Shown: piece by piece, positions 12,144-23,884 of the stretch
Layout of the letters: the number at the start of each line of letters is the position of its first letter
How positions within the stretch are numbered: position 1 is the stretch's first letter
NCBI GenBank assembly: GCA_001643675.2
Contig: LSRY02000001.1
Location: 372,001 to 436,000, forward strand
Length of the DNA stretch: 64,000 nt
Direction of reading: 5' to 3'
Source of the DNA: Monocercomonoides exilis PA203
Lineage: Eukaryota; Protista; Preaxostyla
Notes under the pieces: model-generated
The model's database searches: none
Seen by the model: only the letters and a program-made list of their open reading frames with translations
Told to the model about the DNA's origin: nothing
Program-made: the position numbers and the translations under genes

Positions 12144-15100
12144 TTAGTTGTTCCGAGATCTTCTCTTCCTGACAACAACAATTGCAATAATCACAACAAC
12201 CACCACAATCACCACAACCACAATAGGAACAACAATAGCAACTACAGTTCCCGCATTTGACTTCTTCTTTTCTGGTTCTGGCTCATCTTTCGGTTCTTTG
12301 TGCTTAAGGTATTTCTCATACACATCTTCAAGATCACCACCTTCTTCTTTTGCCCCCACAATCCATCCTTTGTTGTCATCGTTGTAATCCTTCGCAAACT
12401 CAAAGGAGTCTTTCTGTTGGCTGAACTTATCAAAGTCTGGAGCAATGATGCACAGTGATGCCACCGATGAATCTTTCCCTTTGTTGTCACCAAACTCAAG
12501 TTTGCCTTCACCCGGAAGTTTCAAATTACCAACCGCATCTTTCACTTCAATGAGAATAGCTCCTGCCTTTCCACTTGCTGCTTCACATGATTTGAATGAA
12601 CATTTTTTATTTCTTCCCATTTCCACTTTTGAACCATTATCAACCATCTTGATCATAACACCCGCAGACAATCCCTTCGATGATTTCACTTCATTCATGG
12701 TCAACCCTTCTATTTGAACACTCGAAGCTTTATCAGCGGCATCAAGAATGTTGATTGCTGCTCCGTCTGTCATACTCACTTTATTGATCTCAACTGTATC
12801 AAATTTGACTGAAGAGGATTCGTTAATAACAAATAATGATTCTTGGAATTTCACTTCATTATTGCCCTTGCATTCAACTCCACTCATTGCAAGTTCTCCT
12901 TCTGTCACTTTCACAAGATGGATTATGGTGATTTCTTCATCATTTCTGTGTGCAACTGACTCTGGTCTCACAAATTTGCAGTTCACTAAATTCAACTTAG
13001 CATTTTCACAGTCTGCAACGATCAATGAATGTGGATCGGTATTTGATTCCTTTGTCTTATCCAATGACAATGGGAATAAGAAGGAAATTCCTCTGAACTC
13101 AACTTCACTCTTGCATGTGAACAAATGACTGTCTGATTCAACATTGCAATCGATCTCCACTTCTGTTTCTGATTCTTCTTCATTAGCTTTGGTTACGCCC
13201 ACAATCGTTATCAATGAAAATTTCTCAAGTGTAACAGCTGCAGCTCGGTGTGCATTTTCTGTTTTGATGATGTTGATCTTGAAGTTTTCTCCTCCAACGC
13301 CCACTCCAAACAAATTGTATGCTTTATCAAGACTTTTCTTTGGCTTTTCATAGCTCAATCCATCATTGCTATCATTGTCTGCTGTAGCACTCACATACAC
13401 ATTTGTATTAGGATCAAAATACACTTCTGTGAAATCAACTTCAGTGTTATCTTCTGCTCCTTTTGCAATAACATTGTTTTTATTCATTCCTTTCTTGTAT
13501 CCAGATGCAAAGCTTTGCTTCATCGCTATTGCCATATCTCTGTGAAGGCTTACTGGCACATCCAAATATAATCCAATGTTCTTTTCAGCATTAGAAGTTG
13601 TATCTGCCTCTCCTGTCTTGCATCCAGTGAATTCTAAATTATCTCCTGTTTCTGGCCATGTCAGTTCATCTGCTTTGGTTATTGCTGTCATTTCTAGACA
13701 TATTGCTCCTGATTTCCCTTTTGAAGATGTGCAATTTTCAAATGTTGTTTTACCAGTGTTTCCAATAGAGAATGTACTTTCTGCATGTTCGCTCTTCACA
13801 TAAAGTGCTCCACATGTTTCTGTTGTTGTATCTTCCGATTTGCATTCTGTGAATGAGCATGCGTCCAATTTCACTGAAATAGCTGTGTCTGTTTTGCCAA
13901 CAATTTTCATAACAGCACTATCTTTTGATGTAATCTTCTTCAGATTCAATGATGTTAATGAAACATCTGTCACTGCTGTTGTTGTTCCATCAGCCAAAAA
14001 TGGTGTTTCTGAAAATTTCACTTCGTTCTCCGAAGTGCATTCGACATTATTCATTGTCAATGTTCCTGCACTCACTTTCACAAGATGAAATTTTATTTCT
14101 TCCTCTGTATTTGAAAGCATCCCATCTGAATGAGCAGCTGGTGTTGTTTGCTTAAAATCACAAGTGTCAATTTCAATAGATGTTGATTCTGAATCAGCGT
14201 GAATCAAAGCATATGGTCCTTCATTTCCTTCAGATTGATCTGTTACTTGTCCAGGTGTTGATTTGAAATCGAATATCAAATTCTTGAATGTCACTGTCTT
14301 TTGACAGGTGAATAAATCCTTTTCAGATACATTGCTACAATCAATCTCAACTTTAGTCTCAGCTTCGTTTGCATTTTCCTCTGCTTCTACCACTCCTTCT
14401 ATCGTTATTCCTGTCTCTTTTGAGAATGTAATAGCTTCCCCTGTAACTGCTTGGCCAGATTCGTTTTTCATAATTTTAATGGAAAATTCTCCAGATCCTT
14501 TTGAATCTGCAAATAATTCATAAGCTTTTTTTATTGTTTTAAATGGTTTTGTTTTTGTTCCATCTGCTGTGTCATCATTTCCTCCACTTTGAACATATGC
14601 TTCATGTGGATCAAAATATAATGTAGTAAAATCAATATCGATAGCACTTTCATTAGCTCCCTTAGCTGCAACAAACCAGTCATTTGTTCCTTTCACATAA
14701 TTTTCGGCAAAGCTTTTCTTCATTGCTTTTGCAATGGCCTGTAAATTGCCACTATTCACGTCAAGATACAAACCCGTACTCTTTGATCCGGCTGTGCAAT
14801 TAGTAAATATCAAATTAGTTCCTATCTTCGGCCATGACAACTGACTCTCATTTGAAATATTTGGCATCTTCAGATATATCCCACCTGATTTCCCATTGGC
14901 ACATTCACATGATTTAAATGTTGTTGTTGCATTTGAAATTCGTGAACTTTCTGAAATATTAAATTTGCTATCTGATTGATCACTTTCAACATACAATGCT
15001 CCACTTGTGGCATTGTTTGCATTTTCTGTTGATTTGCAATTGGAAAATGTGCATCCATGGACGTTCACTGTAATAGCTTCATTCTCTTTTCCCACAATCT

Positions 15101-15653
15101 TCACTACTGAACTTGCACTCGACTCTATGTTATTCAATGTTGATGCAATCAATGTAACTTTTGCTGCTCCCTCAATCAAAAACGGAGTGGCTGAAAATTT
15201 TGCAATATTGGTTTCATCCTTACAAGATACTGCCTCCATGTTGAATTCACCTGCTTCCACTTTCACTAGATGTATACTTGCAACACCTGTTTCTGGGCGT
15301 TCGAAATGACAAGTGCTAATTGTCAGATTAGGTGAGAGGAAAGATGATTTTGTTGTCTTGAATGAAAGATCAGACAACACTTGAGTTGATCCCCCTGAAT
15401 TTGCAACCAATCGAATAATAGCCAATGTGCTTCCATCATTAGATGCATTTCCAAGTGATAACGGATATATAAACTTCAGGTACTTGAATGTCACATTTTG
15501 CTTACAAGTAAACAGGTCCTTGCTTGAACCAGTATCACCATTTTCCTCAGTGGATGTACAATTTATTTCCACTAACTCAGGAGTCCCATTTCCACTTTGT
15601 TTTCCTTGGATCATTAATGAAACGTTTTTATCAAATTCATTCACTCCTGCCAC
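12144..15653 (-). CDS. Large repetitive type-I membrane surface protein (beta-helix-like repeats), N-terminus cut by the palindrome centre
   Basis: 1169-aa ORF with about 400-aa internal repeats (DLFTC, HLVKV, GALYV, YFDP) and the motif ADGTKTKPFKTIKKA. C-terminal hydrophobic helix VVAIVVPIVVVVIVVVVVIIAIVVV is followed by RKRRSRNN. Confidence 0.85.
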   Translation of the reverse strand: MAGVNEFDKNVSLMIQGKQSGNGTPELVEINCTSTEENGDTGSSKDLFTCKQNVTFKYLKFIYPLSLGNASNDGSTLAIIRLVANSGGSTQVLSDLSFKTTKSSFLSPNLTISTCHFERPETGVASIHLVKVEAGEFNMEAVSCKDETNIAKFSATPFLIEGAAKVTLIASTLNNIESSASSVVKIVGKENEAITVNVHGCTFSNCKSTENANNATSGALYVESDQSDSKFNISESSRISNATTTFKSCECANGKSGGIYLKMPNISNESQLSWPKIGTNLIFTNCTAGSKSTGLYLDVNSGNLQAIAKAMKKSFAENYVKGTNDWFVAAKGANESAIDIDFTTLYFDPHEAYVQSGGNDDTADGTKTKPFKTIKKAYELFADSKGSGEFSIKIMKNESGQAVTGEAITFSKETGITIEGVVEAEENANEAETKVEIDCSNVSEKDLFTCQKTVTFKNLIFDFKSTPGQVTDQSEGNEGPYALIHADSESTSIEIDTCDFKQTTPAAHSDGMLSNTEEEIKFHLVKVSAGTLTMNNVECTSENEVKFSETPFLADGTTTAVTDVSLTSLNLKKITSKDSAVMKIVGKTDTAISVKLDACSFTECKSEDTTTETCGALYVKSEHAESTFSIGNTGKTTFENCTSSKGKSGAICLEMTAITKADELTWPETGDNLEFTGCKTGEADTTSNAEKNIGLYLDVPVSLHRDMAIAMKQSFASGYKKGMNKNNVIAKGAEDNTEVDFTEVYFDPNTNVYVSATADNDSNDGLSYEKPKKSLDKAYNLFGVGVGGENFKINIIKTENAHRAAAVTLEKFSLITIVGVTKANEEESETEVEIDCNVESDSHLFTCKSEVEFRGISFLFPLSLDKTKESNTDPHSLIVADCENAKLNLVNCKFVRPESVAHRNDEEITIIHLVKVTEGELAMSGVECKGNNEVKFQESLFVINESSSVKFDTVEINKVSMTDGAAINILDAADKASSVQIEGLTMNEVKSSKGLSAGVMIKMVDNGSKVEMGRNKKCSFKSCEAASGKAGAILIEVKDAVGNLKLPGEGKLEFGDNKGKDSSVASLCIIAPDFDKFSQQKDSFEFAKDYNDDNKGWIVGAKEEGGDLEDVYEKYLKHKEPKDEPEPEKKKSNAGTVVAIVVPIVVVVIVVVVVIIAIVVVRKRRSRNN

Positions 15654-15699
15654 TAACGCGGGCGTACTGGTTTCTTGCTTTATAATTGTAATGATGTAT

Positions 15700-18600
15700 G
15701 AACTTGAACTTTATATATCCATTATCACTTGGAAATGCATCTAATGATGGAATCACATTGGCTTTATTCGATGGTTCCAAATTCAGGGGATCAACTCAAG
15801 TGTTGTCTGATCTTTCATTCCACTTTTCCTTCACCTTCTGAATTAGCACTTGTCATTTCGAACGCCCAGAAACAGGTGTTGCAAGTACATCTAGTGAAGT
15901 GGAAGCAGGTGAATTCAACATGGAGGCAGTATCTTGAAGGATGAAACCAATATTGCAAAATTTTCAGCCACCCGTTTTGATTGAGGGAAGCAAACTTCAT
16001 ATTTCATTGAATAACATAGAGTCGAGTGCATAGTTCAGTATTGAAGATTGTCGAGAAAAGAGAATGAAGCTATTACAGTGAACGTCCATGGATGCACATT
16101 TTCCAATTGCAAATCAACAGAAAATGCAAACAATGCCACAAGTGGAGCATTGTATGTTGAAAGTGATCAATCAGATAGCAAATTTAATATTTCAGAAAGT
16201 TCACGAATTTCAAATGCAACAACAACATTTAAATCATGTGAATGTGCCAATGGGAAATCAGGTGGGATATATCTGAAGATGCCAAATATTTCAAATGAGA
16301 GTCAGTTGTCATGGCCGAAGATAGGAACTAATTTGATATTTACTAATTGCACAGCCGGATCAAAGAGTACGGGTTTGTATCTTGACGTGAATAGTGGCAA
16401 TTTACAGGCCATTGCAAAAGCAATGAAGAAAAGCTTTGCCGAAAATTATGTGAAAGGAACAAATGACTGGTTTGTTGCAGCTAAGGGAGCTAATGAAAGT
16501 GCTATCGATATTGATTTTACTACATTATATTTTGATCCACATGAAGCATATGTTCAAAGTGGAGGAAATGATGACACAGCAGATGGAACAAAAACAAAAC
16601 CATTTAAAACAATAAAAAAGCTTATGAATTATTTGCAGATTCAAAAGGATCTGGAGAATTTTCCATTAAAATTATGAAAAACGAATCTGGCCAAGCAGTT
16701 ACAGGGGAAGCTATTACATTCTCAAAAGAGACAGGAATAACGATAGAAGGAGTGGTAGAAGCAGAGGAAAATGCAAACGAAGCTGAGACTAAAGTTGAGA
16801 TTGATTGTAGCAATGTATCTGAAAAGGATTTATTCACCTGTCAAAAGACAGTGACATTCAAGAATTTGATATTCGATTTCAAATCAACACCTGGACAAGT
16901 AACAGATCAATCTGAAGGAAATGAAGGACCATATGCTTTGATTCACGCTGATTCAGAATCAACATCTATTGAAATTGACACTTGTGATTTTAAGCAAACA
17001 ACACCAGCTGCTCATTCAGATGGGATGCTTTCAAATACAGAGGAAGAAATAAAATTTCATCTTGTGAAAGTGAGTGCAGGAACATTGACAATGAATAATG
17101 TCGAATGCACTTCGGAGAACGAAGTGAAATTTTCAGAAACACCATTTTTGGCTGATGGAACAACAACAGCAGTGACAGATGTTTCATTAACATCATTGAA
17201 TCTGAAGAAGATTACATCAAAAGATAGTGCTGTTATGAAAATTGTTGGCAAAACAGACACAGCTATTTCAGTGAAATTGGACGCATGCTCATTCACAGAA
17301 TGCAAATCGGAAGATACAACAACAGAAACATGTGGAGCACTTTATGTGAAGAGCGAACATGCAGAAAGTACATTCTCTATTGGAAACACTGGTAAAACAA
17401 CATTTGAAAATTGCACATCTTCAAAAGGGAAATCAGGAGCAATATGTCTAGAAATGACAGCAATAACCAAAGCAGATGAACTGACATGGCCAGAAACAGG
17501 AGATAATTTAGAATTCACTGGATGCAAGACAGGAGAGGCAGATACAACTTCTAATGCTGAAAAGAACATTGGATTATATTTGGATGTGCCAGTAAGCCTT
17601 CACAGAGATATGGCAATAGCGATGAAGCAAAGCTTTGCATCTGGATACAAGAAAGGAATGAATAAAAACAATGTTATTGCAAAAGGAGCAGAAGATAACA
17701 CTGAAGTTGATTTCACAGAAGTGTATTTTGATCCTAATACAAATGTGTATGTGAGTGCTACAGCAGACAATGATAGCAATGATGGATTGAGCTATGAAAA
17801 GCCAAAGAAAAGTCTTGATAAAGCATACAATTTGTTTGGAGTGGGCGTTGGAGGAGAAAACTTCAAGATCAACATCATCAAAACAGAAAATGCACACCGA
17901 GCTGCAGCTGTTACACTTGAGAAATTTTCATTGATAACGATTGTGGGCGTAACCAAAGCTAATGAAGAAGAATCAGAAACAGAAGTGGAGATCGATTGCA
18001 ATGTTGAATCAGACAGTCATTTGTTCACATGCAAGAGTGAAGTTGAGTTCAGAGGAATTTCCTTCTTATTCCCATTGTCATTGGATAAGACAAAGGAATC
18101 AAATACCGATCCACATTCATTGATCGTTGCAGACTGTGAAAATGCTAAGTTGAATTTAGTGAACTGCAAATTTGTGAGACCAGAGTCAGTTGCACACAGA
18201 AATGATGAAGAAATCACCATAATCCATCTTGTGAAAGTGACAGAAGGAGAACTTGCAATGAGTGGAGTTGAATGCAAGGGCAATAATGAAGTGAAATTCC
18301 AAGAATCATTATTTGTTATTAACGAATCCTCTTCAGTCAAATTTGATACAGTTGAGATCAATAAAGTGAGTATGACAGACGGAGCAGCAATCAACATTCT
18401 TGATGCCGCTGATAAAGCTTCGAGTGTTCAAATAGAAGGGTTGACCATGAATGAAGTGAAATCATCGAAGGGATTGTCTGCGGGTGTTATGATCAAGATG
18501 GTTGATAATGGTTCAAAAGTGGAAATGGGAAGAAATAAAAAATGTTCATTCAAATCATGTGAAGCAGCAAGTGGAAAGGCAGGAGCTATTCTCATTGAAG

Positions 18601-19001
18601 TGAAAGATGCGGTTGGTAATTTGAAACTTCCGGGTGAAGGCAAACTTGAGTTTGGTGACAACAAAGGGAAAGATTCATCGGTGGCATCACTGTGCATCAT
18701 TGCTCCAGACTTTGATAAGTTCAGCCAACAGAAAGACTCCTTTGAGTTTGCGAAGGATTACAACGATGACAACAAAGGATGGATTGTGGGGGCAAAAGAA
18801 GAAGGTGGTGATCTTGAAGATGTGTATGAGAAATACCTTAAGCACAAAGAACCGAAAGATGAGCCAGAACCAGAAAAGAAGAAGTCAAATGCGGGAACTG
18901 TAGTTGCTATTGTTGTTCCTATTGTGGTTGTGGTGATTGTGGTGGTTGTTGTGATTATTGCAATTGTTGTTGTCAGGAAGAGAAGATCTCGGAACAACTA
19001 A
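15700..19001 (+). pseudogene. Inverted copy of the surface-protein gene (5'-truncated, indel-rich start, frameshift near 16620)
   Basis: ORFs 16048-16677 and 16674-19001 are identical to parts of 12144-15653. One A is missing from the homopolymer at about 16613-16619. Confidence 0.85.
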
Positions 19002-19469
19002 AAAATAAATGGAGGAGTGAATTCAGTGATTGTTGTTGATGCATATTGACAAAGAAAAGTTACATGCTTATTATTTTTTCTATTTTGATTTTATTCATAA
19101 GTTAAACCAGTTAAGCTGATGTTTTGTATTTTTATTGATATGCTTGTTTGTTGTCGCCAAATGAGCTATATTAAGTATTTTTCCTTTTTTGTTTTTAAAT
19201 ATTTTCGTTGTACAACACTATTAACTGTTTTCATCATCAAGTCTGTTTTCGGTCCTTGATGAATATATTAGAATAAGTTGTTTTTCTGTTTTTCTTTTTT
19301 CTTTTTTCAGAATTTATATAAGAATCATCGTTCATTTGCGATTCACTTTTGCTCCTTGCTGAAAAAAAGATTATATTTCGATAATCAATAGTTTTGATTA
19401 TTTTTGTAAAAAGAACGTTGATATTTATTGATTTATTTTTCAATGATCAAAAACAAACGTTTTGATTAC

Positions 19470-22400
19470 AGAGAAAACATTTATTTCACTTCCTTCTCTT
19501 ATATTTTTGAGAGCGCCACGTTATGGGTCAGTCACGATCGCTGATCAAAAGGAAACATATCGACCATCTTCATGGGAACCGGACTCGCAACCGAACCTTG
19601 CGCAGCTCCGCTGACTGGTTGCCCTCCGAGTGCAATTCCCTCAATAGCAGGGAGTTATTCCGCTTCCCAATCAAGCGTTCAGTCGGAGCTTGATGGCCGG
19701 ACAGATCCAACACGAATTGAAGAAGATGAAGGAGAGTCTTCTTTGCAACAAGCATTTATCGAAATATTTGGACAGCCACCAGAGGTTTCACTTTACGATA
19801 TGCATCTTCCAGAGAATAAAATTAACGAAGCGCTTTCATTAATGAAAGATGAAGATTTTAGTCCTTTTATCCAGAATGCTCCACCACCATTTACAAGATC
19901 CAAAGTATTTTGGAAAGACGCGCTCGGTCGTGCAGGAGAACGAACAAAAACATATCTTTATCCGGCAATAAAGTCACTTATCTCGGCAAGCTCAACAATC
20001 AAGTCAGGAAATACAACAAAAGAAATGATAGCAGATTCATGTTTGCTTTAATCCCAAGCTCTGAAAGAAGCTAGACACGTTAGAATACAAGCAAGATATG
20101 GGTTTTCTGAAGCAGAAAAAATGAAAGACGAGTTTTCATCATCGCTGTTAACTCAAAGACAAAAAGAAATTTTAGAAGAATCAAAGAAAACATCCTCAAA
20201 ATTGAGATAGGGATCGGCAAGTATTACAAATTCATATGCAAGGAAGAAACAAACCAGGGGAATTCAAAGTGGAACAAAGAATTATCGGTTTTTTCGAGAT
20301 TAGCCCCGGACGACCAGCACAAAACGATCATTCATTACAAGCAGCGCTCCAAGAGGTTACTCAAGAGGGAGTTCCGGGGACAAAGCAAAGTCTCAATAGA
20401 ACACAACTTAACAATTGGCGGAAGAACTGAGTTATTTGCCAAGGCTTGGAAAATGGTGGGAGGAGAAAAGATGATCAAAAGAGGAGTTGTTCCGGTTTGG
20501 AGGAGTGCCAAAGCTCGCAAAACCCTTATCAACTCTCAGGTAAATTGCAGGAGACCGAAGCAATCACAAGAAGCAAGGGAAGCTTTGTCGGGGTTAATCA
20601 AAGTTCAAGTGAAAACGGGAATTCTCAGGAAAATCACCAAAAACCAAGTGAAATTTGTCAATCCAATATTTGTAGTCAGGAAAAGGAACGGGAGCTGGAG
20701 ACAGATTGTGGATTGCAGGAGGTTAAACAATGCGATAAAAACAATTCACTTCAAACAAGAGGATCATCGATCTGTGGAGAGAATAATAAAGAAGGGGGAT
20801 TTCGCAGTCACATTGGATTTAAGCCAAGTGTACTATCTCATCAAGGTTTCCGAGGATTTCACTCCTTTTCTAAGCTTCGAATTCAACAAAGAATTTTATT
20901 GCTTCACCAGCATGCCTTTCGGTTACAAGGACTCTCCAAGAATATTCACAAAAATTATGAGAAAGGTCATTGCTTTCATTCGGGAAAGATGGAAGATGAA
21001 AGCTGTCGCATGCTTGGACGACGTAGTCTTGCTCCATCAGGACAAGCAAGAACTAAAGAGAATCACACAAGAAGTTATAAGTCTGTTTCAGAAGCTTGGA
21101 CTAATTGTGAATCTGGAAAAGAGCCACATAGAACCATCAAATCGTTTTTCATTCCTCGGATATTCATAAGACACTTCCAACTTCACCTTAGCGTTTGAGA
21201 AAGGCAGAAAGAAAGAATTGCTTACGGAATGCTACAGATGGAGGCGCCGAGCACTGAAATGCAAGCAAACAAGAGTGAGAGATTTCGCGTCGTTCATTGG
21301 CAAGCTAAGTGCAACTCGCTTCGTTTTCAAGGAAGCTTCACTCCTTCTTCCATCGATGAACATGCTGCTGAACAGAATGGTCAGAAAGGTGGGGTGGAAA
21401 GGAAGAATGAGAGTCAACCCATCAATCCTTCCGAGCATTCAAAAATGGATATCGAGACTGAGTGCGAACAAACCGAGACAAATTTGCCCAATATTCCAAC
21501 CTCAAGCAACCTTAACGACAGATACATCAGAGAGAGCTGTGGGAGCGGTCCTGCTAATGAACAACAAGAAATACGATTTCCATCAATCGCTTCCAGGGAA
21601 GTTGAGATGCTAGAGCTCGAATTACAGGGAATTATATGCAATTAATCGAGTACTCAACCCTTTCAGATATATTCTTCAGGCGAACAAAGCCCACAGTTTG
21701 CTAATCAGATTAGGCAATACAACAGCAGTTTTCAATGTCAATCGATGGAATGCAGGAACAAATCTCAGGAAGTTGCTAATGAAAATATGGACATTTGTTC
21801 AGAACAGTCGCATTTAGATAAAAGCCCAACACTTGCAAGGAACGAAGAATGTCAGAGCAGATTCTCTATCCAGGCTAGAAAGAGGGGGAGATTACTCCAT
21901 TAAACAAGAAGAGTTAAACGAGATCATGGAAAACCTCAATCTCAAAATAACAATGGATGCGTTCGCAACAAAGGAGAATACGAAAGCGGACCGATTGTGC
22001 GGTCCAGGAAGCACACTCAACGAAGATGGACTCCAGCAATCATGGAAAAGAGGCGTTATTTTAGCCCATCCGCCGATTCCACTAATAGTCCCAACGGTTG
22101 TGAAATCAATAGAGGAAAATGCACATGTTCTTCTGATTCCAGATTGGAGAGGGCAGAGATGGGAACCACTGATAAGAATGTCGAGACACTGCGAATGGAG
22201 ATGGAAAGAACAGAACCAGGTTTTGAAGGAAGGAAGATGGATGAAACGGATGGAAGCAAGTCTACCGCCAGGCAGAATGAGAATAGTTCTTATCAATCCT
22301 TAGAATCGCAAGGAGAAGAATGGTTTCGGAGAATGCTTGTTTCAAAGGGATATTCCGAAAGGGTAATCGATGAATGCAAAAAAAGCGTTGCAGAAAACAC

Positions 22401-23681
22401 ACGGAAAGGATATTCATATAGTTATGCGCGTTTCAGTGAAATATGGGAAGATAATAGGAACGGAGAACCACCGGAAGCATGGAGTGAGTGGGTTGAAAAA
22501 TGCACTTCCATTTTCATTAGCCTGAAAGACAAAGGGACAAAGACTTCGACGCTCAAACAAACATGTGCCGCATTATCGCTAATCTCAGAATTACTGTACA
22601 ATAGATGCCTTGGAGAATCTGCACTCATGCAAAGACTATTAAAAACATTACGGAGATCAGAAAATAGGAAGAAAAAAGACAAACCAGACATCTGGAACCC
22701 ACAACTCCTGCTGCAGAAAATAACTCATTTGGAGAAAACAGGAATCTTGACTTTCACGAATTGACAAAAAAGTCCATTTGCACATGTGTGTTGTTCTCTG
22801 CTTGTCGCTTCATGGAGCTGGAAAGGATAAACCTTCAGAATTCAAATATTAAAGGTGATTCAACATAGCCAGATTCACAATTAAAAACATCAACAGAACG
22901 GACAGATATTATCATCCCGTTTATAAAAGAACATCCGCTTGTGTGTCTAGCAGCTTCAGTGTAGGAACTATGGAACAGAATCAAGAAGTCTCATCCAAAT
23001 GCAACTTCACTATTTATTGATGAAACAACCCATCTTTCCCTCTCTGCAAGAAGGATTCGTAATTATGTGGCTGAAATGCTACAGGATGCTGGGATTCCGA
23101 AGTGTTTCGGGCCTTACTCATTGAAGCATGCGTTTATCACTGTGCAAACGATGGCGGGAATTCCCTTAGCCCAAATTGCTAAGTTTGCCAGACTCTCTCC
23201 AAGAAGCAATTCAATCACAAAGCATTTCGTCCAAACAGATGTGTCAAGCAAGCTGGCCCACGTGATAGCAAGATGCAATTCAACTATTCTCCAACCTGAA
23301 GAAAGTGGATCTGAGTCAGAGTCCGATTCAGATTCTGAGGCGGAATCCGATTCTGAAACAAATTCCAGTTCAAAATCAGAAGAGCAAACACCAACAAAGG
23401 AAATATGAAAAACGGAGATCAAAAACAACAAACAGTATTTGCATACCCAGATAAAGTAAAGGAACCAGAGGACAACGAAGAAAACAATGCTTCACAGACA
23501 GTTATCAGCGAGGCTAAGATTGAATTCATTATCCGCACAAGATCTCAAAGAAGAAAAGAAATGGAAAAGAAGCAACACGAAGAAAAGAATATTATTCCAA
23601 ACTTATTAACATTGTCAAATCTTCCCAATTATCTATGCTCTCAAAAATACAAGAGAAGGAAGTGAAATAAATGTTTTCTCT
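19470..23681 (+). mobile_element. DIRS-like YR retrotransposon, family A (right-arm copy)
   Basis: ITRs at 19470-19514 and 23637-23681 (1 mismatch). ORF1 19572-20051, RT 20453-21169, RNase H from 21218, MTase 21833-22303, YR about 22300-23408. Confidence 0.9.
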
Positions 23682-23884
23682 TTCAATTTAAAAAATTTGA
23701 CATTTATAAAAATTTTTTAAAAAATAAAAATTTCTATAATTTTTCTTTCGCACAAGAAAATAATGACAACACAAGAATATCTCCGATTCAAAAGTGAAAA
23801 ACGATTTTCACAGAATTTCGTGAGAAAGATAACAAAATTTCGTTGAGTTTCAGACAATTGTTAATTCGAACTCAAAAATTATAA

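Noticed and set aside
19470-23681. TAA/TAG reassigned to Gln (as in the oxymonad Streblomastix), which would make element A intact
   Set aside because: Long host ORFs contain no internal TAR codons and end on TAA/TAG (e.g. 2415, 19001, 44109). The element also has TGA stops and frameshifts.
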